From Eledone cirrhosa (lineage: Eukaryota), in contig OZ024742.1 in assembly GCA_964016885.1 (NCBI GenBank), forward strand, positions 171,058,001-171,122,000: a stretch of 64,000 bases of DNA, in the 5' to 3' direction. This document shows positions 54,355 through 64,000 of this stretch, piece by piece. Each line of letters begins with the position of its first letter. Position 1 is the stretch's first letter. Made by a program: the position numbers and the translations under genes. The notes beneath the pieces were generated by a model that had not been told where the DNA came from, did no database searches, and saw only the letters and a program-made list of their open reading frames with translations.

Positions 54355-56087
54355 CTAGCAATGATAATGATTTCTTTCATTTGATAGAAAGGACTCATGT
54401 GAAGGAGACATTACAAAAGCAGGATCTGCATAAAGGTGGGGATTATATAGATCTGAGAAATAGAATTGGGTAATATGTATACATAGTATATGATTAAATA
54501 AACCATTTAATCCTCCTGGTATAGAGAGCTGAATGTATATATGTATGTAGCCATAACTTCTGGTGGAGTCTGGTGCCAATTTTCTAAATGAGGCAGTGCT
54601 CATTTCCTCTTCACATCTGCACATAGCCAATTTCTTCAAGAGAAGGTAAGAGAAAATGATAGAGAGGAAGTGAGAAGGAGATATGAAGGAAGAATCAGCT
54701 TCAGTACTGGACTGGTATTATTTTTATCAACCTCTAAAAGAGGAAAGGCAAAGTTGACCTTGAGCCAGAACAAATACCACAAAGGATTCTGACATTAATT
54801 CATCATCTATAGAGAGCTGAATACCTAAGTCTAATTGAACAAGGCCTACAGATTTACAATCACCATAACCAACAAGAGTGAGTGCTCTCTCTAAATTGTC
54901 ATTGTCTGACATACAGGCACAGGCTGGGAGTAGAACCATTGCCTAACTGGAGCAAATTGAGGAACCCAACATATTCCCAATCACCCTCAACACCAAGGGC
55001 TAATGCCCTCTCACAGATATCATTGTTCAACCAACAGGCTCATTCACTTTTAACACTTTTTGCTACTTTCATCCACAATTTGTTCAATTTAGTGAAGAAA
55101 GCACTACTATCTTTAATCTATGTTGACTCAATCTGTTTTTCAGCCGCATTACAGCGGCTCCTGCAGACTAAAGGAGGCCCCTTATCCCCATTCAGCATTG
55201 GATCTCTCAGCAGATTTACTCTAAAGACCTTGCTTGTCTAGAATTACCAATCTACCAATCACACCCACTCACACCACTCACACAACTGTTAATCTAGTAA
55301 ATCACACTTCATCATCATCACCACTGTTTAACCTCTGTTTTCCTTGTTTGCATGGGTTAATAAGGCTCTCTAATTATGAGGCAAAACAAGTGACTTACTT
55401 ATGTGATTTTGGCGTTTCATCATGACACTGTCCCTACCACCTTACATGGTGGACTGGGTGCACTTTGTCATAGTCATCTTACATTATGAACTGGGTACTT
55501 TTTATCACGGCCATTATACTACCACCTTACAGAATAGACTGGGTGCTTGTTTGTCATGGACCTTGGGCTACAGAATGGATTCGGAATGGATTCAGTGCTG
55601 TTTGGTATGACACCAGTACTACTTACTGCCTAATAAGATAAACTATGATGAGGGTGTATATTGTATGATGAGGGTGTATATTGTAAAACCTGAAACACCC
55701 AGTGACTCCAAGATACCAATAATCTGTCCAAATATTTACATCTGTAGTTGAGTCACCTGGATAATGATGTATGTTGTAAGATTTGAAATACTCAGTGATA
55801 CCACGGTGCAACACTGATGTGTCCTGATGACTATATGGTAAGACTTGAAACACAGAGTGACTCCTGGATATGACACAGAAGATATGTCCAAGATTTTTCA
55901 TCTGTGCTTGTGTGACAAGCGTATGGAGAGATATCCATAAAGTACACATGGATAGAATGGTGATTCTAGTATATAGTATAGTAATATATGTATGACATCC
56001 ATATAGTAATATATTTATATATGATATTAATTTATCCTATATCATGAATTGATAGAATGGTAATTCTAGTATATAGTATAGTTATAT

Positions 56088-56410
56088 AGAGTGTACTCCC
56101 GGCATTTGAAGTCCTGATTATTTGCGGAATTTTCCTTAGAACCTAACTAATAATTGTTTGTAGAAACCACTGCATATTCAGAGAATCATAAATATCTTCC
56201 ATCATTCTTTAATGGCTTTTTTCACGACAATATATATTTTTGATGCTTTTTAATGCTAAATTATTAATATCAATATAGCATATTTGCCGGCCTATATTTT
56301 ACATTATGTTTTTATTGGAAATTTTATGGACCATGTCCAATAATTGCGATTTTTCACTCTTTGTGGGTGCTCTAGGAACGTAAGTCCTGCGAATACCAGG
56401 AAACAATTGT
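56088..56410. mobile_element. Possible Tigger/pogo-like MITE
   Basis: Imperfect termini TA-GAGTGTACTCCCGGCATTTG ... GCGAATACCAGGAAACAATTG-TA; interrupts a minisatellite unit. Confidence 0.4.
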
Positions 56411-56452
56411 ATACAACATTAATTCATCCTATAGTGTGCATATATATAGAAT

Positions 56453-56646
56453 AATTGTTTCTACGTTTGGCACAAGGCCAGCAATTTACCAGTGCATTAC
56501 TGGTACTTTATTTTATTGACCCCGTAAGGATGAAAGGCAAAGTTAACCTCGGCGGGATTTGAACTCAGAATGGTGGTAAGGGCCGTAACTCTATACGTCA
56601 AAGCATGGCGTCTGACCCTCTACCGATACTGCCAATCCACCGCCCT
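56453..56646 (-). mobile_element. Full-length SINE, 15-bp TSD
   Basis: TSD TATATATAGAATAAT at 56441-56455 and 56647-56661. Confidence 0.9.
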
Positions 56647-57878
56647 TATATATAGAATAATGTCTCTAGTATATTGTATTATAATATATACATATGACAT
56701 TAATTTATCCTATAGTACACATGGATAGAATAGTGACTCTAGTATACAGTATAGTAATATATATATATGATATCAATTTATCCTATAGTATGCATGGATA
56801 GAATGGTGACTGTAATATATTGTGTAGTAATATATATATATGACATTCATATATTTATAAGTATACATGGATAAAATGGTGACTCTAGTACACAGTATAG
56901 TAATATATATATATTTGATATTAATATATTTGATAACTGCATGGTAGCTTTGGGCAGAGAGATATTTGCATAGCAGAGTAACCTATGTTCAAAATTCAAT
57001 ATATTTACATATTTCATAGTATATCTGCGCAAAGAGATAATTATAGTAAATAGGAAGATACATGAGTGACAGATTTTCCTGTTTATTTCAATTATTTATA
57101 TATTTAAACAAACACTTGAACACAGACATAGTCATGCAGACACAAACACATATACATATATCTATATTCATATCTATATCTATATCATTATTCCCCTCCT
57201 CCTCCTCCTCCTCCTCCTCATCCTCCTCATCATCATCATCATCATCATCGTTTTTACATTCACTTTTCCATGCTTGCATGGGTTCTCTATCGATATCTAT
57301 ACATATGTGATTGTATATGTGTGTGTATGTATGCATGCACATAAACATGCACATGCACATGTATATATATATGTATATGTATGCACACACACATGCACAT
57401 GCACATATATATATATATATATATGTATATGTATGCATGCACACATACACACACACACATGTAACTTTTGATAGGTTTTGTCCAGTATTGATTCAAGCCA
57501 TGTCTGACTATATATCTATGTACACAACGTTCTTTGTACAGCAAAGCTTCTAATAAAAAAACAACTGCATCATATCACATCCCCACACATTTCATTTTAC
57601 ACCCCATTTCTCAAATTGCCCCTCTCACGCTGACTGAGGGCACAATAAGTGCCCTAGGATTGTAAAATATTAGTGCCGGCACGATTCTAGAAGTCAGAGA
57701 GTCCATTCTATAAATTGCTAGTGTTAATACCATGATAAAATACACACACAGTATGCACTGTAAAGTGGTTGGTGTTAGGAAGGGCTTCCAGCTGTAGGAA
57801 CCATGCCAAAATGGAATGTATAAGCTAGACATTGTCATCTGGCCTGTCAAATTTCTGAATGTGATAAACTGGCTAACC

Positions 57879-58049
57879 CAGGGTTTCCCAGACTTTTTCA
57901 AACGTGGAACCCCCTTCTTGGTTCAGAAACTTTTGGGGGAACCCCAAAGTCTATTATTGTTATATGGACATAATATAAATATAATCCTCTACCTTTTTTT
58001 TCACGGAACCCTAGACACTCGTTTGTGGAACCCACATTGGGAACCATTG
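57879..58049. mobile_element. hAT/Charlie-like MITE with 8-bp TSD
   Basis: Termini CAGGGTTTCCCA / TGGGAACCATTG; TSD GGCTAACC (57871-57878) / GTCTAACC (58050-58057); inserted in an RTE-tail-type repeat. Confidence 0.65.
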
Positions 58050-58312
58050 GTCTAACCCATGCGAGCACAGTAAACAAAACACACTAATGGTGAATTCTGG
58101 ATCATTTTGCGAGGTACATATTTCAATTCTTCATAGCAGCTACAAACCATATTTTTCTGTTCATAGCATCGGTGTATTTTACATAGTTCTCTAAGCTATT
58201 ATTTATAGCATTTGACTGTGGTTATAATTATTTTCTAAGTTTGAAATTTCTATATTTTCTGAGAACTTTAGTTTACCTTTGGAATGTTATATATGTCCAT
58301 GCACACACACAC

Positions 58313-58372
<60 letters not shown>

Positions 58373-58520
58373 TATATATATACATATACACATGCACACA
58401 CACATGTGCATATATGTGTATATATATATATTTGATGATGATGATATAATTGTTTCTACATATATACATATATACATATATACATATATACATATACACA
58501 TGCACACACACACATGTGCA

Positions 58521-58551
<31 letters not shown>

Positions 58552-59103
58552 TTGATGATGATATAATGATATATATACATATTCATATATTTATTTATAT
58601 ACATGAGAAAACTAAAAGATCACAACATGTCTGAATAAAACCTAATTGATATCAAACTAAACAACAGCAGATACAACAACAACAACAACACCAACTGCAA
58701 TGACAACAACATCAACAACATCAACAACATCAACAGAAACTGCAATGACAACAACAAAAACAAGAACAGCAACAAGAAACACAAATACAAAAATAAATCA
58801 ATTGGGAGACTAGCTGAAGAAATGTCTAAGTAAAAGACTAAATATGTAACAGATGATTGAACTGGTAAGATGGTCGGTCAATATACTAGTATTGTTTTGG
58901 TGTGTTCATTACACTACTATTCAAACTGGTGACATCCTGTGTTAACATCAGATCTTAAAACTTCACTACTGCTGCAATCTCATTGACTCAATCACTTGTG
59001 TGTTTAGTGGAGCAGAATCATGTGTAGTATGTGTGTGCATGTGTGTGTGTTTAAGTAAATATTCATGTGTGTGCATATATATATATATATATATATGTAC
59101 GTG

Positions 59104-59165
<62 letters not shown>

Positions 59166-59387
59166 GCAGGGACAGCAGATATTAAAACGATGGTGATGAT
59201 ATTTATGTATATGTATGTGTGTATATGTATATATATATATATATATATGTATTTATACATGCATGTATGTTTATATGCATACAGATATGTTTATATGCAT
59301 ACAGATATGTTTGTGAGTATATATATAAATATACACAGATATACACACACACCAATATGTCATCATCATTATTATTATTTGAAGCAA

Positions 59388-59593
59388 GGCAGTGGATTGG
59401 CAGTATCAGTAGAGGGTCTGACGCCATGCTTTGCAGCATGGAGTTATGGCTCAGTACGGTCTGAGTTCAAATCCCACCAAGGTTAACTTTGCCTTTCATC
59501 CTTATGGGGTTGATAAAATAAAGTACCAGTAATGCAGTGGGATAATTGCTGGCCTTGTGCCAAAAAACAGAAACAATTATTATTATTATTATT
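59388..59593 (+). mobile_element. Full-length SINE
   Basis: A box, B box, core, (ATT)n tail. Confidence 0.85.
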
Positions 59594-59694
59594 TAAAGCC
59601 CATTTTTCATTCCATGCTGGATATATATATATATTTTTTTCTTTTCTGGACTTTTCCGATGGAATTATTTCACATATATATATATACATATATA

Positions 59695-59872
59695 GTGTTT
59701 ATCCAGAGTTCCGTGTCTAATACTGGTAGTCTATTATTAGGGTATTTGGAAGGGTAGTCAACAGTTAAAGTTATTCTCTCGTGTATGGAGTTAGCTATCT
59801 GTTGGATGGTCTCCATTGTGCTATTTTCTAATTCATGTTTATTAGAGGGCCCACATTCTCCACTCCCACACA
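59695..59872 (-). pseudogene. PLE RT fragment between TA tracts
   Basis: TMETIQQIANSIHERITLTVDYPSKYPNNRLPVLDTELWI (PLE-type LP.LD motif). Confidence 0.6.
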
Positions 59873-59895
59873 ATATATATATATATATACGATAC

Positions 59896-60224
59896 ATTAA
59901 CAAATGGAAACTATATTTATAAAACCATATTTATTTTATTATACATATTTCAAGGATACCATGTTAAATTATGGTATGCCTTCATCAGACAAAATACAAT
60001 ATATACCAGTTTTATAAAACTGGTATATATTGTATTTTGTTTGATGAAGCCATACCATAATTTAACATGGTATCCTTGAAATATGTATAATAAAATAAAT
60101 ATGGTTTTATAAATATAGTTTCCACTTGTTAATATCATATATTTACTCCAAATACTTGTTGAGTGCTTTATATCAGTTATAAAAATATTTGCTTGTTGTA
60201 TCCCAACAATTTAAATAAAACTTT

Positions 60225-60228
<4 letters not shown>
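59896..60228 (+). mobile_element. Loopless palindromic PLE-terminus element with hammerheads
   Basis: Palindrome centred at 60014/60015 with arms ~119 bp; unique 3' end to 60228 contains the bulged stem-loop. Confidence 0.8.
59932..59996 (-). ncRNA. Minimal type I hammerhead (the + copy at 60033-60097 has C3->U)
   Basis: Minus strand TATTTTGT-CTGATGA-AGG.ATACCAT/ATGGTAT.CCTT-GAAA-TATGTA-TA-ATAAAATA. Confidence 0.78.
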
Positions 60229-60302
<74 letters not shown>

Positions 60303-60792
60303 TGCTCATACTGATCTCTATTTTGGCTTGGTTTTAACCTGCTAGATACCTTTCCAAATGCCAAGCATGTTACAGTGTAGACTGCGTGCTGTTTATTGTG
60401 GCACCAAAACGACTATCTAACACGGTGGACTGGGTGCTTTTGTTGTTGTTGTACCGAATCAGCATACAGAGTGGACTCAGTGTTTGTTTACGTGGTATTG
60501 GCATTGTAGGAACTCAGATGCAGAGGGCATCCAGCTTTCATACTTGTATATAAGGGTTAGGCAGGAGAGGTGTATCAGGCATGAGTGTTTGGAAGTGCGG
60601 TACAATTAAGCATGTTTGCTATGGACGGGTGGGGGTATTAAGACTGGGGAGGGTGGAAGGAGAGGGGTGAAGAGAACAGTGGTGCAGACTAGTGTGTTCT
60701 CTTCATGTTTGTATCATTCTGTGCATATGGGAAGGTGAGTCTTCTGCAGTACAGCATGATTCCAGAGATCTCAGTCCTGTGTATTCTTCATT

Positions 60793-60981
60793 GTGGATTG
60801 GCAGTATCGGTAGAGGGTCGGACGCCATGCTTTGATGCATAGAGTTACGGCCCTAGCGATTCTGAGTTCAAATCCCGCTGAGGTTAACTTTGCCTTTCAT
60901 CCTTACAGGGTCGATAAAATAAAGTACTAGTAATACACTGGGATAATTGCTGGCCTTGTGCCAAAAATAGAAACAATTATT
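60793..60981 (+). mobile_element. SINE copy
   Basis: GTGGATTGGCAGTATCGG...GAGTTCAAATCC...GAAACAATTATT. Confidence 0.85.
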
Positions 60982-61978
60982 AGGCTGAATTAAGCAAGGT
61001 CAGCTTCCATTACTTCATTCCAAGATTTCCTAGGTAATCTCTTACATAGTTTCCATCAACATATAATATATATACTTCAACATCATCACCATCATCATCA
61101 TCATCATCATTATCATCATCATCATCATCATCATTATCATCATCATCATCCTCACCATTATCATTTAATGTCTATTTTTCCACACTTTAATAGTTTAGAT
61201 GGGTTGTCATGTCATAAGACAAGTCAGGTCAGGGGACCATGGCTGAAACTGTTGAAACTATACCAGAAATTAGAATGTATGTGAGACACAGCCCGAAGCC
61301 AGTCTAGGAAGTCAGGTGTTCCATTTAAATAATAATTTTGTCCACAGCAATACATTCAACAAAATCAACATAGAAAAATGGACGTAACGTGATGATTGAG
61401 ATGATGATGATGATGAATTCCAGTGCAAATTTGAATAAATATCTTCCATCTATCTGTAATACCTTGGAAATGAGACAATTACAACCAACTTGTAAATAAT
61501 GTAAGAAATTGCCATGGTTTCCTGAAATAGTTCAGATTGTATTGTAGTAAACCTCATGATTATAAATTATAAAATTTTAACGACAGCCTCTCAAGTACAT
61601 GACGTGAAATGTGCTCAGTATCAAGTGTAGAACCTGGGCAGGAATTCTCTCTCAACATACAGGGATAGTTTATAACTATAGTTGAGGAAAATATCTGTCA
61701 GAGAATGAAATCTCCATAGTAAAATAAATTTTCGATTCAATGATATTTCCATAACCACTGGGACTAATATTTAGTGATAAGATTTTAGTTGAGTAGTTAG
61801 AACAACTGTAATTACTGAGTGAGTTTAATCTCCCAGAAGCAATATAGTTATATTGCTGAATATATCTACATCGGAATATCTATACCCATATCTATCTATC
61901 TAGTTAGCTAGCTAGCTATATATACATATAGATTATATCATTATCATCATCGTTTAACGTCTATCTTTATCTTCCATG

Positions 61979-62823
<845 letters not shown>

Positions 62824-62940
62824 CTCACGGAGGAGATGACAAAGGACCGTGACGAATGGAGAGATGCTGTGCTTGATAAGACCCATCCCATCCTTGCAAG
62901 CAGGGAAAAGCGGACATAAAATGATGATGATGATGATAAT
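62824..62940 (+). mobile_element. 3' end of another RTE-like LINE with (GAT)n tail
   Basis: [19 protein letters not shown] (DR..WR motif typical of RTE C-termini) followed by (GAT)n. Confidence 0.6.
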
Positions 62941-63286
62941 GAGAATACCTTCCTCTTATTCTTTGCCCACTCATTCCTGGTAGATTTGTGGAGGCAGAGT
63001 CCTCAGGCATGCCTACCAATGGGTCCTGCCAGAAGCAGCTGTCTCAATTGATCTGGCTGGATCCCCAATAGAGACAAACCAAGCTCAAAGACGTTGTCCA
63101 GCCATCATACCCCTGGTTTTGTGCCGTAAAATCTGTCTAGCGATTCATTCTTTGACATTCTAACCACATGTCCATAATATTGGAACAGTAATCTCTAAAT
63201 TCAGAGAAGTAATTCGCTGATCTCCTAACTATATAATCTATCGAGTAATGTTAAACCCAAGACCCTTCGAAGACATTCTATTTCAG

Positions 63287-63331
<45 letters not shown>

Positions 63332-63340
<9 letters not shown>

Positions 63341-63409
63341 ACCGATTAAAGTTTAAGCAAAGAATCGCTGCTTTCTTTGGATTTTAGTCTTGAAATTTAT
63401 TATTATTAA

Positions 63410-63454
<45 letters not shown>

Positions 63455-63628
63455 AGATCAAAAGATGGTTAAAGGAGTTCCATGTATTTTATTATGCGCA
63501 TTTCAAAAAAAAAAAAATCATGCAATAATATTTGTGTTTTCATCAGATAAAACAGGAGAACATGATATGAAGGCTAAAAAACACTTGTGGATAGTGCAGT
63601 TTTAAATCAACATATAAAACTCACCTCC

Positions 63629-63666
<38 letters not shown>

Positions 63667-63740
63667 TAATGATAAATTTCAAGACTAAAATCCAAAGAAA
63701 GCAGCGATTCTTTGCTTCAACTTTAATCTGTTATTTTATA
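63332..63740. mobile_element. Hairpin element (~80-bp arms) whose loop holds TA tracts and a hammerhead-bearing fragment
   Basis: 63332-63411 is the near reverse complement of 63661-63740. Confidence 0.7.
63485..63554 (-). ncRNA. Minimal hammerhead, decayed stem II
   Basis: Minus strand TGTTTTAT-CTGATGA...GAAA-TGCGCA-TA-ATAAAATA. Confidence 0.6.
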
Positions 63741-64000
63741 AATATACCATCTCCACACTCCATTTCGTACCCAGTCCAAACCTCCAATCTTGCCAAATCC
63801 TAAATGTAGTTGTCGTATTCCTAAAACAAATCTGTATTTTTTGTTATTACTTGTTAAATACGAGGGTTTTTGTCGTATTGAACAGAACAAATCTTGTATT
63901 TTTGTTATCGCTTGTTAAATACTAGGACCTCATTCAATCCTTACCTTCTAGCTATCTACCCAACCTTAATTCCTTAATTCTATATTTTCAAAACAAAATC

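Larger units (their letters stand above)
55942..56925. repeat. ~65-70 bp minisatellite interrupted by a MITE and a SINE
   Basis: Repeated ATGGATAGAATGGTGA(C/T)TCTAGTATATAGTATAGTAATATAT..ATTAATTTATCCTATAG. Confidence 0.75.

Noticed and set aside
54551-54645. LLVESGAN...HLHIA ankyrin-like reading before a GTAAGA donor
   Set aside because: Spacing does not fit an ankyrin repeat, an in-frame stop lies just upstream, and the acceptor lacks a pyrimidine tract.

Overview
Eukaryotic, AT-rich, repeat-saturated genomic DNA. The SINE families and microsatellite content suggest an octopus/cephalopod genome (inference). No host protein-coding gene can be called confidently, and most ORFs in the track are (TA)n/(TG)n/(GA)n translation artefacts. 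The window holds: one intact RTE-clade LINE (8.0-11.3 kb, APE+RT) plus a 3' fragment; a head-to-tail stack and a further copy of R4/Dong (REL endonuclease) retroelements in (TAA)n; at least 7 Penelope-like element (PLE) coding remnants, mostly Hydra-clade-like (GLYRDD RT, CxCx5C linker, C-terminal GIY-YIG), inserted in (TA)n; about 10 short head-to-head PLE-terminus hairpin elements; many tRNA-derived SINEs; CR1/L2-like remnants; and a few MITEs. The most notable signal is an RNA-structure system shared by mutually unalignable PLE termini. It has three parts: (i) about 14 type I hammerhead ribozyme motifs, most with palindromic stem-III loops and three families with a compensatory U3-A8 core; (ii) a downstream covarying stem-loop (ACUC-NNN...N'N'N'-UU-GAGU, 2-nt pyrimidine bulge); (iii) an inverted arm that repeatedly begins 2-11 nt upstream of that stem-loop, suggesting a structure-defined second priming site. 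All folds were done by eye and none is experimentally tested.
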